From assembly GCF_006345805.1 (NCBI RefSeq), contig NC_043001.1:127658001-127722000 (forward strand): DNA of 64,000 nt, read 5' to 3'. Both the position numbers and the translations under genes were made by a program. Origin of the DNA: Octopus sinensis. Taxonomy: Eukaryota. This document shows positions 24,450-38,340 of this stretch, piece by piece (within the stretch, counting starts at the first letter, position 1; each line of letters opens with the position of its first letter). The notes below the pieces were generated by a model. The model saw only the letters and a program-made list of their open reading frames with translations, was not told the origin of the DNA and searched no databases.

Positions 24450-25765
24450 CCAGTGCTCTTTCTCTCTCTACTCTACTCTACTATGTTCTCGGTCCTTTAG
24501 AGATACTCAAAAGGGAGAGATGGAGGTAGATAGCTTCAAACAGAAGCTGCTTTGCAACTTGCATACTTGCAACAGAGTGGGCCTCCGCTAAAGGAATCCA
24601 AGGTGTCATATGGTGGTGTTAAATCGAAGGCCGTATTGTCTATCACCCAAGAAGGCAGCGGCAGGATTCGAACTCAAGACATAAAGGGCAGGAACAATAC
24701 CGCAATGAATCCTGTCTGATATTTTTACAGTTCTGAAAGTAATGAAAGACAAAGCTGAGTTCAGCAGGATTTAAACTTAAAATACCGAATGTCAGAACCG
24801 CCTACACTCGATACTTTAATTTCTTTCTAAAAGGCAGTATCAACGTTTCATTATTTCTTCCACATTAAGGCGGTGGATTGACTTAATTACTCGAGTGTCG
24901 GTCAAAATACCTGGTGGTATTCCTCTAATTTCTGTGTTCAAATCCCACAGAGGTTACCTTTGCCTTTTAATTTGCCAGATACAATAACATAAAGTACAAG
25001 GCATGAACTGGAGACGATTTAGGTGATTAACCCTTCTGCTTCTGCGACATTATCTCAAAGTCTCTCTTCCTCATTCCTATAAATTCATCTGCTGTCTCTA
25101 GCGAACTTCCTCAATTGTTTAACTTAGCGGTAACTGTCATCTTAACAAGCAATCTGACAATTCGTCGACAAAGAAGTACAGACAAATCGAGTTTATTCGA
25201 CCAGTCAACAAAAAAGCGTATATATTGAAAAAGAGTTTTGAAGATGTTTTCCTCCAAATTATGTGGTCTTGGGTTTAATCCCACTGTGCGGTACTTTGGG
25301 CAAGTATCTTCCAGTATGGCCCTGGGTCGACAAAACCCTGTGAGTGAATTTGAAAGGTGGAAACAGAAAGAAGCCCGTCGATTGTATGCATGTATGTATG
25401 TATGTGCGTGCGTACTTGCGTACGTACGTGCGTGCGTACGTATGCATGTATGTATGTACGTGTGTACGTACGTAATCTTTTTTTTCGTTTTAATTTTGAC
25501 TAGCCACCTACTTGGTAGAAAGGTTGTGAAAGAAAGTATCTTCTTTTACCCATCATCCTTTAAATCTTAAGGCCTTGCAGATTTTCATAGTCCCATATAT
25601 TGTTATCATTTGTAGCATATCTATCTATCTGTCTATCTATCTATCTATCTATGTTAATCATTATTCAGTGTATTTCAAGATTTCTTGCCAATAGAGAAAG
25701 AACCGGTTTCTAACCTAGATCCAAGGCTCCTTCGTTGGAATTTCAACAATAACAGGGTATGTATG

Positions 25766-25797
<32 letters not shown>

Positions 25798-26140
25798 TGT
25801 ATGTATGTATGTACGTACGTATGTATGTATGTATGTATGATGTATGTATGCATGTATGTATGTATTTCCCACCACCCCTTGACAACCGGTGCTGGTTTGT
25901 TTCCGTTCCTGTAACAGTAGTTCAGCATAAATAGGCGACAGAATACCAGAATTTAAAAAATAAGTACTGGGATAGATTCGTTCAGCTAAACCCTTCAAAG
26001 TGGTACCCCTGCATAGTAACAGTCCAATGAATGAAACAAGTAAAAGATAAAAAGGAAGATGAAATTTGAGATTAATTTTGGTTTTACCGCTGGGAGGAAG
26101 AAGCGAGTAAACTGCAAAATATGTAATTAAACACCAAACA

Positions 26141-26527
26141 TCTTTATATATAAAAGAGGAGTTGTGTGTCTGTCTCCTACGATTTAGATTCCTAACTACT
26201 CCCACATTTTGCGGTGCAGTTTAACCAAAACCGGGTATCTTATAGTCGTGATTCATATTGAGCCCTTCTGGGTATTAGCGCGCGTCTGTGATGAGTCTAC
26301 GATTTAAAAAAAAAATTACCATCATTTTTTTCCATTTTAATGCATTTTTTCGCTATTATATAAGGGAAGTAACTCTCTAAAAATGTCTACGATGAGTCAA
26401 CGATTAAAAAAAAAATTTACCATAATTTTTTTCCCATTTTTAATGCATTTTTTGGCTATAACTCTCTAAAAATGCTTATATAGTTATTTCCCTTACAAAC
26501 TCGAGCAACGCCGGGCGATACTGCTAG
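26141..26527 (+). mobile_element. Non-autonomous Helitron
   Basis: A|TCTTTATATATAAAAG...GGGCGATACTGCTAG|T; same family as 7367-7757. Confidence 0.88.
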
Positions 26528-26563
26528 TCTATAATATAAAGATATCAGCGCCTCTGCCTGGCG

Positions 26564-26578
26564 ATCGCCTGCGGTAAC
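26564..26578 (+). promoter_or_regulatory. Candidate RFX X-box upstream of BBS2
   Basis: ATCGCC-TGC-GGTAAC fits RTHNYY-N(0-3)-RRNRAC and lies in CpG-rich, apparently non-repeat DNA. Motif match only. Confidence 0.3.
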
Positions 26579-27402
26579 ACCGTGAGTGCTTTCGGACGTG
26601 TTTATATAAAAAATATTTTAGAAGAACAACTTTTCCTTGGCCTCCTGAATAATTAAATGAATGTGTTTCTATTTTGAATATATATTTACCGATTTCCTTT
26701 TTTTGTTTGTTTCTTTTTTACTTCTGAATGTTCTTAGTGTTTACTTTTGTAAATTATATTCTTTTCATTGAATTATTGCAAATAAAATATCCTCAGTTTT
26801 ACTACAAAAATTATATTTAAATGTAAAAAGGAGGAAAACGGGTTTATTTTGCAGAAATCAAATGCCGAAGTAATATTTTGATTTTTGACCAATTAAATCG
26901 TTAAATTGTATTCGCTCCGTGGCTGGTTAGCGATGAGTTTAGCTTGGCTAACAACGCGTCGTTTGTTGCTGTAAAGAAATGTCAACGTGCTTTTAGTACA
27001 CAAAATAATTTAATGATACCGGAATGTAATTGCACAAAATAGCAATCAGGTGACGTATATTTTATAATATCGAAATCATTTTACTCTATCATAGTCATAT
27101 TTGAACTTTTTACCCGCATTGACTATTACTGTTGTTGTTGTTGTTGAGCCTAAACCAGCCTTGACCGAACTGACCTATGATCAAAGGCGTTCCACTTGTG
27201 ACTATTCCGTCTCTCTTTTTCTTTTTTTTTTGTATAGACTTAGTGTATAAACAACTATATTACACAATATGGTTTTCCTTTTCAAACATGTTAAAGTGTG
27301 ATTTTGGAGGGACTTGAAGTTCGACTGATCACGTAGAGGTTTCGTCATTGGTTCTGGAATAATGTTTTGGAAGGGATACGATGCTTAGGAAATCTCACCC
27401 CT

Positions 27403-27474
<72 letters not shown>

Positions 27475-27949
27475 CTTACACACACACATACATATACTGA
27501 AAAAACTTCCATGCAGCTAGGAAAAGTAGATTCCTTTTTCACGAAAATTTACTCGTTATTTCCCCAAATGCTAACGAACCCAGCTTTACGTGAGAAATGC
27601 GCTCCTGGAAAACTTGTAGCACAAGATTCCGTAATTCAAAATTAATTTCCTATTGATTTTCAAGTTGTAAAGTGATAACGCTTTACGACATACAGTTTTT
27701 AAAAAAAAAACAAAATAAAAAGTAAACTACACGATCACTTTTTATTTGCATGAAAACACAATCTTTTAATATACACTGTACAATATGTTAACATAAAAAC
27801 ATTTCAAGAAATACTTTTGGGATAAATAAGAATCGTAATAGGATACAATTTTACATCAAAAGATGTTGACAGCTGATTGATGGTGGTAGTGGTGGTGGAA
27901 TGAAAGTTACTGAGAAAATGAAGGATACTGTCTTCTATCACCTAAAGGA

Positions 27950-29220
27950 AAAAACTTATCCGAATTTGTTGTTGATATACAACTTATTGTAAACACCTCT
28001 TCTAATTCAATCACGTGTAACTTTGTCATGCCATCCACTTTTTTTTATTTTTTCAACCACTACATCATTTGTAAGGGTCATCAGATTTTTCTGAATTCGA
28101 TGTAGGCTTTCTGCTTGTAGAAAACTTGTAAGATCACAGATACAGTCTTGCAATGAAGTTTTCCAAGCACCATTCAAAGTTGAAGATTTTATTTTATTTC
28201 ATAACATAATTGTGTTATCCACAGCATACATTTTGTTGAACTTCTTGCAGAAGTCTCTAACTGTAGATCTATCCTTCATGTCAATTAGCTTCATGAGTTG
28301 TTTGAAAGCTCTTCTCAGATAATACATTTTGATGTTAGTTATCACATCTTGATACATTGCTAGAATAAAGAAGTATTTTTGAAGATATATTCTACTTTCA
28401 CATTATCAGAAAGCTCATCTTTAAGTTCACTGGATGGGTTGAGGCATTGTCTAAAATGAGCTGTGATTTGTTGGAAATATTATGCCTGTAAACCACTCTT
28501 TGAGAAGGCTCTTAGTCATCCATGTGTTCTTATTTGAATCCCAAAACAAAGGTAAATTAAACTTTGTGTAGCCCTTGAAGGCCCTTGGATTTTCAGGGCT
28601 TTAATTTCATATCACCTGTTACATTTCCTCCCAAAAGTGTCAGATAATTTTAGGAAGCTTAAATTCCTAGTGTCGACTTTTCTAGAAATAAATGTTCTAG
28701 TAGGCATGTGCTTCCAGAAAAGTACAATTTCATCAACATTGTGTTCTTGCTCTGGTATAGGGGCGGCAAGCTGGCAGAAACATTAGCATGCCAGGGAAAT
28801 GCTTAGCGGTATTTCATCTGTCTTTATGTTCTGAGTACAAATTCCACCGAGGTCGACTTTTCCTTTCATCCTTTCAGGATTGATAAATTAAGTACCAGTT
28901 GCATATTGGGGTCGATCTAATCGACTGTCTACCTCCACCCCAAAATTTGGGGCTTTGTGCCTAGAAAAGATTCTTGCTCTGGTATGTAGCCCTTTTTTTT
29001 TTTATTCAACTACCCTAGAATAGTTATTAGCAGTCTCTGTATTAGCACTGACAGCTTCACTTGTTATTTTTATGTTGTGCAAATTCAAGCACTTCTTAAA
29101 CCTTTCAAACCAGCCTTTACTAGCCAGAAAAGGTTTCTTTAGAAGTTTCACTTTCCTTTTTCTGCAAGTCAACATACCAACTTTTGACTTTTTTTAATTA
29201 TCTTTATGCTTATCAGTACG
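27950..29220 (-). mobile_element. Decayed Tigger/pogo-type transposase, interrupted by a family A SINE (28762-28975)
   Basis: Minus strand encodes FLASKGWFERFKK (CENP-B-type HTH) and NVDEIVLFWKHMPTRTFIS (DDE_1-like). Boundaries approximate. Confidence 0.78.
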
Positions 29221-29637
29221 TTATCTTGGATATGAACCGCAGTTCATACACCCAAGAGCCTTTCCATTTTAATAATCACATTAGAGCTTTGAAAAAGTAA
29301 GACCCAGTCAATTAAGGGAGTAGCTTTATGAGCACTTGGCTTAATTTTCTCTCCATTGTTACCACTGTAGACATTGCAAGCTCTAATGTTTTGGCAGTGT
29401 GGGAGATTTGGCAAAAGAGTGGTTTCCCATGGAAAGAAGTGTTGATACCTGAGAATATCAGTCTTCACAGATGAGGTGATACAAGGTGCAGACAAGTAAA
29501 GATACGCTGTGTTGCAGATTATGCTCCTGATGATGGTGGTGGTAGTGGTAGTGGTGATGTTTTCCTATTAAATATCCTTGGAAAAGATATTAATCATTTA
29601 TATCATTTATTCACAGATCCAATATTTGTGTCACAAA

Positions 29638-29754
29638 ATGTTGGTTCCGGTATTCTCTCTGAAGTTGAACCTAAAGATCCGGCCTCGTCTGGTAACTATT
29701 GGCAATTACTTTGGAAACTACCCAGCATTAACTTGTGCCACAAGTGGAGGAAAG
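29638..29754 (+). CDS. BBS2: BBS2 coding exon 1 (MLVPVFSLKLNLKIRPRLVTIGNYFGNYPALTCATSGGK)
   Basis: Aligns by eye to the BBS2 N-terminus (human [39 protein letters not shown]). 117 nt, donor AAG|GTAACT at 29755. An upstream acceptor TCACAG ending at 29616 implies a separate 5'UTR exon. Confidence 0.95.
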
Positions 29755-30152
29755 GTAACTAGACACCCATAAAATTATTAACCATCTTACAAACAATAAC
29801 TCTGAGCACCTTTTCAAACTCCATCTGTCTAACACCCGTGGACATGTTTACAAAGTCAGAAAACAGCACAGCTCCCATGACTTTCGGAAACATTTTTTCA
29901 TGCTAAGAGTTGCTGAGGTATAGAACAAACTGCCGGCATCAGTTGTTAGTTGTCGGAGCACTGCATCCTTCAAAACTTCCATGCTTTCTGAGATTCGCCA
30001 ACACTACACCTGATTTTCTCCCCTCCATACACACACAAGCATGTATCTGACTCATACACTGTTCACTTTCCAGACATTTGTACATTACTGTATATACTTT
30101 ATACGCACTTTTTGACAAGTTGTGGTGCACCTAAGCACTGTATACAATAATT

Positions 30153-30193
<41 letters not shown>

Positions 30194-31730
30194 AACATAT
30201 TGTTTATAAAGGATCATATTTCCAACTCATTATGAAGTTTATATTGAATGGGACTTCAAGTTTTGCATAACAACTTATTCCACCATGCACTTCACAATAA
30301 ATTTAACTCTTTTATTATTGAGTCACCTCAAGGCAGCAAGCTGGTAGAGTCATTAGCATGCCAAGCAAAATGCTTAGTGGAATTTCATCTGTCTTTACAT
30401 TCTGAATTCAAAATTCTATCAAGATTAACTTTGTCTTTCATCCTTTCAGGGTTGATAAAATAAGTACCAGTTAAATACTGAGGTCAAAGTAATCAATTTA
30501 CACCTTCCCCCAAAACTTCTGGCCTTGTGCCAAAATTTGAAACTATTATTGAGTCACCTCATCAGTAAATGTTCCATTATTGTTCTTAAAGTAGCTTTAA
30601 AATAACGACTGTAATATAAATGTTTGTGGGTTTTTTTTTGGTTTTTTATGTGTTTTTATCATTAGACTGGCCATGGTGGGACACCACGTTGAGGAATTTG
30701 TAGTTGAATGAATCAACCCCAGTACTTTTTTTTTTAAAGCCCTGATGTTTATTCTTTCAGTCTCTTTTACCAAAGTGCTTAGTTACAGAAACATAAACAC
30801 ACCAACACCGGTTGTCAAGCAGGGGTGGGGAACAAACACAGACACAAAGATGCACACACACACACACACACATGAGGGGCTTCTTCCAGTTTCTGTCTAC
30901 CAAATCCACTCACAAGGCTTGATCAGCCCAAGGGTATAGGAGAAAACGCTTACCCAAGGTGCCATGCAGTAGGACTGAATCCCGAACTATGTGACTGAGA
31001 AGCAAGAATCTTACCACACAGCCACAGTTACATCTATAATATAAAACCACTTCTTAAAAGTTTCTGTGACTTTTGGGAACATTTGCATTATAATTATCCT
31101 ATCAGACTGGCTAACCAAGACTCTTAATTAAACACACTTCATAGTTTCCAAATTAACACCACCACTTCATCCCTTGGGGTCCTTTAGTAGCATTCACTCT
31201 GTTGCAAGTATTTTGATTGGGTCCACAGTTCACTTCCGATCCATGTTATTCTTTCTTGCCAGGCATGGCTGTGCGGTTTGGAAGCTCACTTTGAAATTAT
31301 ATGATTCCAGGTTCAATCTCACTGCATGGCACCTTAGACAAGTATCTTCTACTATAGCTCCTGAATGGCCAATGCCTTTTCGAGTGAATATGGTAGACAG
31401 AACTGTTGAGGTCCATTGTGTGTGTGTGTGTAAGGGCCCATGGCTTAGTGGTTAAGATGTTGCACTCGCAATCTAGCAATCGTGATTTCAATTCCTAGAC
31501 TGGGTGGTGCATTGTGTTCTTGAGTAAAACACTTCATCTCACATTGTCCTGTGATCACTTCAACACCTGATGCATGATACACAGTGCACCTGTTCATACA
31601 ATGTCAATTTGATGGAGAGAGCAAGTTAATGTGCAGCACAGACATTTGATCACTATAAACAAACCATTTGTGCAGATCATTTAGCAAAAGCTGAATTGAA
31701 TGCTCATACATTGTTATCAGTGAGAGTCCA

Positions 31731-31818
<88 letters not shown>

Positions 31819-32179
31819 ATATATATATATGTATGTATGTGTGCCTTTGTTTCTGTGTTTGTCACTCACTTCCACTGCTTGACAACTGGTGTTGGTTTGT
31901 TTATGGACCCTGTAACATAACAGTTTAGTAAAAGAAACAGATCTGTTTGACTGAAATCTTTCAAGATGGTGTCCCAGCACAACCACAGTCCAATGACTGA
32001 AACAAATAAAAATGAAAAAAAAAAAAAGAAAGAAACATAAAGTGAAGAATATAAATTGACTGAAAACAGTAAAAGACTAACAAGCTAGCACTTATTGTCC
32101 TGATACCAAATGTGAATATTTTTACTTTTTGCTTAGATGTTAAGAAAATTACTTTTATTTTTTGTTTTTTGCTTTCCAG

Positions 32180-32398
32180 GTTTTCATTCATACTCCACAC
32201 AAAGTGCCTGATGTATCAAAGTACGGAAGTCCAAACCCTGGTGGTGAAGTCTCTCTACTGAACATTAACCAGAAAATTTTTTCACTGTGTGCTGGCCACC
32301 TGAATCCATCACTGGATTATGATGTATTGATGATAGGAACTGAGAATAATCTATTGGCTTATGATGTTTTCAGAAACACTGACCTTTTCTACCGAGAA
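32180..32398 (+). CDS. BBS2: BBS2 coding exon 2 (VFIHTPH...LLAYDVFRNTDLFYRE)
   Basis: Acceptor TTCCAG, donor GAA|GTAAGT, 219 nt, phase 0-0. Matches BBS2 VFIHNPH...LLAYDVYNNSDLFYRE. Confidence 0.96.
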
Positions 32399-32815
32399 GT
32401 AAGTTGTAATTAATTTGTCGTTATTTTCATATGAAATTTGCTTTATTGTGCATTCTTTTTTATTGTAAAATCTGGAATCCTAAGATGGCACAAAAATTGA
32501 AAATTATGTTGTTTGTCTCCATATTAGAGTCAGTTTTGTTATATGGTGTTGAAACTTGGACCCTCACCAAAAAACCTTGAAAAATTAATAGACAGCTCTC
32601 TCTTTTACTCTTTCACCTGTTTCAGTCATTTGACTGCGGCCATGCTGGAGCACCGCCTTTAATCGAGCAACTCGACCCTGGGACTTATTCTTTTTGTAAG
32701 CCCAGTACTTATTCTATCAGTCTCTGTTGCCGAACCGCTAAGTAACGGGGACATAAACACACCAGCATCGGTTGTCAAGCAGTGCTAGAGGGACAAACAC
32801 AGACACACAAAACAA

Positions 32816-32856
<41 letters not shown>

Positions 32857-33689
32857 TATGACAGGCTTCTTTCAGTTTCTGTCTACCAAATCCACTCACA
32901 AGGCATTGGTCGGCCCGGGGCTATAGCAGAAGACACTTGCCCAAGATGCCACGTAGTGGGACTGAACCCGGAACCATGTGGTTGGTTAGCAAGCTACTTA
33001 CCACACAGCCACTCCTGCACCTATATGCATCTAAAATAAATTTTCTTTCATACATACACACATGCATGCATCTATCTAACCAGACAAGAATATATAAGTG
33101 TTGTATATTTGTCAACAGAGTAAGTATATAAATACTTATACAATAGAATATTATAAGTGCATTTCAACTAATTGACCCATTTGGCTTTGCACATGAGAGT
33201 TCATGGAGAACCTATCCTGGTACCCATCAGGAGGGTTTGCATCCAGAGTATGGTGACAGCTCTCAGCTACTGGAGGTCAGGCAGTGTCACATCTAATTTG
33301 TGGTTGTTGTGAAAAACTGGAGCCAAAATAGCCATAGGAGAATTTCATGGGTAAAATTCATCTAACATTATGCCCTTTGCACATGGGTTGAAGTGTATTC
33401 TGCAGAGTGGGGTTAGGGCATAAGTGTGGATAGCATGGAGTTGGTGTGTGCAGGGGGAGGGAGCAGAAAATTGGGATGGGATGAGTGTTCAATTTTAAAA
33501 TCATTTGTGGACGTGTGTATGGGGGGGTGCAAACCAGGTGCTGGAAACTCATGTTTATAATCATGGTGCAATTTGCCTGTATCCAAGCATTTATTTTGTT
33601 TCATGTGGGCAAGATAAGAAAATTTCATTTTTGTATAGGATGAACAAAGTTTTTTTAAAGTCTTTTCTCTAGCAGGCATTGGTTGCTTA

Positions 33690-34330
33690 CACCGCCTGAT
33701 GCTATTGAAGTAATATCAAGTACTGTCCACTTGATATTATAATCTATGTTGCTTTCTTTGCCCTCTGCAAAGATGATGCTTTGACAATACTGAGAAGGGC
33801 AAATGACTACATATTTGATAAGTGTAAGAAAGACATAACCCATACTTTGAATTGTCTTGGACTCAAAGTCAGAATAGAAATCAGCTTGATGGTGGTTGAT
33901 TTCCTCGATATGACCCAAAACTTATAAACTGGAACTTATAAGCTCTTTAGGAAACCAAACAAGTGTCTGACATGATACAGCATGTCATTCAGCAATAATG
34001 TTCAGGAACCTGATTAAGGGAGTCAGCAAATGAACTTCATACCTGTCTTTGAGAAGAGAGATTCTGAATGTCACAACCCTGACTTCAATGAGGCCCTGGT
34101 ACCACAGGATTTAAGAGTAAAATTAATTATATTATCTATCAAGAAAAAATGCGACCAAAAATGTTTGTGGTTTACACCTCACTTCTCTCTGAATGTGAAA
34201 ACCTGTATAGGTAAGATCTTTCTTCAGTTAGTAGATAAACGCTATCCCCAAATGTATAGAAAAATATTTAATAGATATATCATAAGAATTTCTTTTTGCT
34301 GTGCACCTAATGTAAAGGAAATATTTGTAG
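33690..34330 (+). mobile_element. Penelope-like element fragment, RT C-terminus and linker
   Basis: DDALTIL...DKCKKDITHTLNCLGLKVRIE...VVDFLDMT...GTYKLFRKPN and WFTPHFSLNVKTCIGKIFLQLVDK. Confidence 0.8.
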
Positions 34331-35289
34331 GTAAGCCCATCATCATCATCATCATCGTTTAAGTAGCACGTAAAAAGCACCATTCGAGCATGGTCAATGC
34401 CAGTACCGCCGGACTGGCCCTCATGCCTGTGGCACATAAAAAGCACCCACTACACTCTTTGAATGGTTGGCATTAAGAAGGGCATCAAGCTGTAGAAACT
34501 TTGCCAGATTGGATTGGAGCCCGGTGCAGTCTTCTGGCTTGCCAGGCCTCAGTCAAACCATCCAACCCATGCTAGTATGGAAAGCAGATGTTAAACGACA
34601 ATGATGATGATGATAATGCTTAGCCATTGCTAGCTGGTATTCATTTACAACTCAGTAGGCTAAAGCAACACAAAATGATGCACCTTGAGTAAAGGCACAA
34701 CGTGCCACCCAGTCCCAGAACCAAGCCCACAATCTTATGACCTTGAGTCCAACACCCCAACAACAAAACCATTCACCTTCACAACAGGATAAATATAAAT
34801 AAAATGCTTGAACCAGGTTATTGTAGATCTTGACAACAATGTTTGAGTTATTGATCCATTGAAAATCAATCTTTGTTTATGTCAACAATAAAATCAATGC
34901 AACTTTAGTTAAACTGTATGAACTGCAGTTTGCTTATAGGACACTTCTGTGAACAGCTGTCACTATCTTTTATTGCATTAATCCAAATTAAAACAATCAG
35001 CTAATTTTCCCTTTTTTTCAATCTTATTTTTAGTTTTGTTTACTTTTGTTCCTTTCCTTTTTTATATATATATAGTCAAAGAGAAAGAAAAATTTAAATA
35101 AGTTTACTTCTGTTTAATTACTGTCTCATTTTTCTTTGTAACATATGTAAATCTTTAGTAATATAATTATATATATCATTTACTATATGCTGTTCAACCC
35201 ATGCCAACAAGGACAACAGACATTAAATGATGATGAAGATTTTTATATTTGCATTTCTTTTAAAAGTAGACCCAGCTGTTTTACAAATA

Positions 35290-36737
35290 CAGGGGTTGGA
35301 CAAAACAATGGAAACACCTTAAAATTTCAAACAAATTTATTTTAATATGAGGTAGGACTGCCTTTGGCAGTAATTACAGCTTGAATTCTATGAGGTATGG
35401 ACTCGTACAAAGTTTGAATTGTTTCCAAAGGAATTTTTGTCCATTCTTCAGCTATAACAGTCTCCAGTTCTTGTAGTGATGATGGTGGATGATATTGACT
35501 CCTTGTGTTTCTAAAATGCACCATAAATGTTCAATAATATTGATATCTGGTAACTGTGGTGGCCAGATAAGATGTTCAACTTCACTAGAATGTTCCTCAT
35601 GCCATTCAGTAACAAATTTAGCTGTGTGAATTGATGCATTGTCATCCTGAAAGATTGCATTTCCCTCCAGAAACAGTTCCGCAACTATAGGATGAATTTG
35701 ATCAGATAAAATGCTTAAATAGTCTTGACTATTAATTCTGCTATGAAGGGAAACCATTGGGCTGGCAGATTTCCAAGATATAGCCACCCCCACCCCACCC
35801 ACCTCCAGATCATCACAGATCCTCCATGTTTAACAGTTGGAAGAAGACAGTCTAGGTCAAATGCTTCTTTTTGTTGTCTCCACACGTATACTTGGTCGGT
35901 GGTCGGAAATAAGGTAAAGGATGACTTGTCCGAGAAAATAACATTCTTCCACTGCTCTAGGGACCAATTCTGTAGATTTTTACTCCACTTTAAATGCTTT
36001 GCAATATTTGTTTTTGAAAGTAGTGATTTTCTGATTGCAGCCTGCCCATGAAATCCAGCTTTGCATAGCTCCTGGCAAACAATTTTTGTGGAAACTGGGT
36101 TCTTGAAGTGATCAGTAATTTTGGGAGCTGTACTTTTGTGATCCTTTCTAACAATTTGCGTAAGAGACCGAAGGTCCCTATCTGAAAGTTTTGTTTTGAT
36201 GAGGAGATTTGATGTGTTTGATTTGATGTGCAGCTCCCAGCAAACAGTTTTTGTGGAAGCTGGATTCTCGAGGTAGTCATTAAGATCTGCAGTAATTTTG
36301 GGAGCTTTACTTTTGTGATCTGTTGTAGCAATTCGCATAAGAGTCCAACGGTCCCTACCTGAAAGTTTTCATTTTCTTCCAGAGTTTTGTTTTGACAAAG
36401 AAGTTTTTCCCTCTTTGTCAAAGGCTGTCATTACTCTCAAGACAGTACTTCTTGATACACCAAACATTTCAGCTGTTTTCATTATGCTAGCGCCTGCCAT
36501 ACAAGCACCAACAATCTGACCTCTTTGAAAGTCTGATAGATCTGTCATTTTAATGAATTTTAATTACATATTCTGATGATATCTGGAAAGAAACAGCAAT
36601 TTTAGCAAAACATATCATGCAACACAAATAATAAGTCAAAAAACATAAAAAATAAACAAACTTTTGACGGTTTTATAGATATTTCAAAATTATGATGCTA
36701 TGATGCTAGGTGTTTCCTTTATTTTGTCCAGCCCTTG
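35290..36737 (-). mobile_element. Full-length but frameshifted Tc1-type transposon (1448 bp)
   Basis: TA-flanked TIRs CAGGGGTTGGACAAAACAATGGAAACACCT and its near reverse complement. Transposase motifs FSDKSSF, PTVKHGG, FQDDNASIH and PDINIIEHLW. Confidence 0.95.
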
Positions 36738-36949
36738 TATATATGTAAAACATATATGTGTGTGTGTGTGTGTTTGTGTATACTTACCATTTACTATATG
36801 CTGTTCAACTTATGCCAGCATGGTCAACGAACATTAAATGATGATGAGGATGATGATGTTTATATATGCATTTCTTTTAAAAGTAGACTGTGTATGTATG
36901 TGTGTGTGTATATATATATATATACATATATGTGTGTGTATATAAAATT

Positions 36950-38340
36950 GAGGGCTCAGATGAATGAAGATAAAATAAAATCCCTCGAAGAAGAGATGAA
37001 CCAAGAAATTAGCAAAATGACCCAAGGCCCTGACCTAGAGAAGATCTCCAAACTATGGAAAGAGGACTGTGATAAAGAAGAACTGAAATCCCTCCAATGC
37101 TGGGAAAAAAACGCCACTTGGTTCTCAAACTATGAAACTGTTTTTCAAACAGAGTACGCTTCCAACAACACTTTCCTGAAAATAAGAAAATCAAAACAAC
37201 ACTCCCACACAGATTCACACCTATCTAAAAAAACAGAACCATCACCCCTACAAAAAAAAATATAACACCTAACCCTAACTTTGTAACCCACCAGCGAAAC
37301 AACATCGGGAGTACCTCATCTTCAAACAGAGAAATGCAAAATCACTACCCGCAAGATAGACATTGCAACCTCCCCTCCATAAGGAGTTACCAACGAAATT
37401 TTCATTCGAATAATCTACTAAACAACCATGCACAACAAACCCATACCACATGTTATAATTACCAACGACAGCCCCCTAAAACACCACATCCAAACGTGGG
37501 ATATAGGGACACACCTTTCAATATCCTTCCAAAAGCTTGCACCATAAATCACAACAAGGCACCCTGCAACAACAAGGAACAACTATATAACAGCTACCGT
37601 CCCAATCACCTCAATCCTTTTTTAGACTCAATACGCAAACACAGAGTCACGAGATAGCACCAGACAGACAGGAGGAACCAAAAGTGATAAAAATCATCAA
37701 TCTAATTCACAAAGAACTAACTGCAAACCAAATGAACATACTCTCCGAAGAGCTCTAGTTTACACCCACCCACCCACCAATGCCCCAACTACAATGAAAT
37801 GAAAGAAGGCGTCGTGGAATTCTGTAGAAAATTATGACTCACTGAGGAGCTATACAACAAATACAACGAAGATGGATCGTTAGTCCGAAATAGAAGTAAC
37901 TACACCCCTTCAAAAGGAAAAAGCAAAACTCTTGACCATTTCTGTGTATCAACATATACACAAACAAAAACACAAGCCAAACTTCAGCAAAAAAGGAATA
38001 GGCTGAGCTGAACAAATTAAAAGATGATCAAACAATAACAATCAAAGAGGCTGATAAAGGGAGTGCAATTGTCTTAATGGACACAGTATACTATATAACT
38101 CTAACACTATCCATATTAGAAAACACAACTTATTATGAATAGGTCCAACACTACAGTCAACAGAAAATAATGAGAAACCTAAAATCTATGTTAAACCTAT
38201 ATAGAGAAGGGCTCACCGACAAGGAATATGATTATATTATTTTCAGAAGTAAATCCAGTCAATTCTACTGTATTCCTAAGATACACAAAAGTGAGGAAAT
38301 AAGTAACGCATGCAGGACAGCCACAGACATCTAGGATTGC
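36950..38340 (+). mobile_element. Penelope-like element, N-terminal region and start of RT (decayed), ending at a family B SINE
   Basis: IKEADKGSAIVLMD and QFYCIPKIHK are PLE RT motifs. ORFs 36735-37265 and 37334-37657 are upstream remnants. Confidence 0.8.

Noticed and set aside
29692-29706. X-box-like GTAACT-ATT-GGCAAT
   Set aside because: It lies inside coding exon 1, has a mismatch in the key AAC half-site, and is explained by codons.
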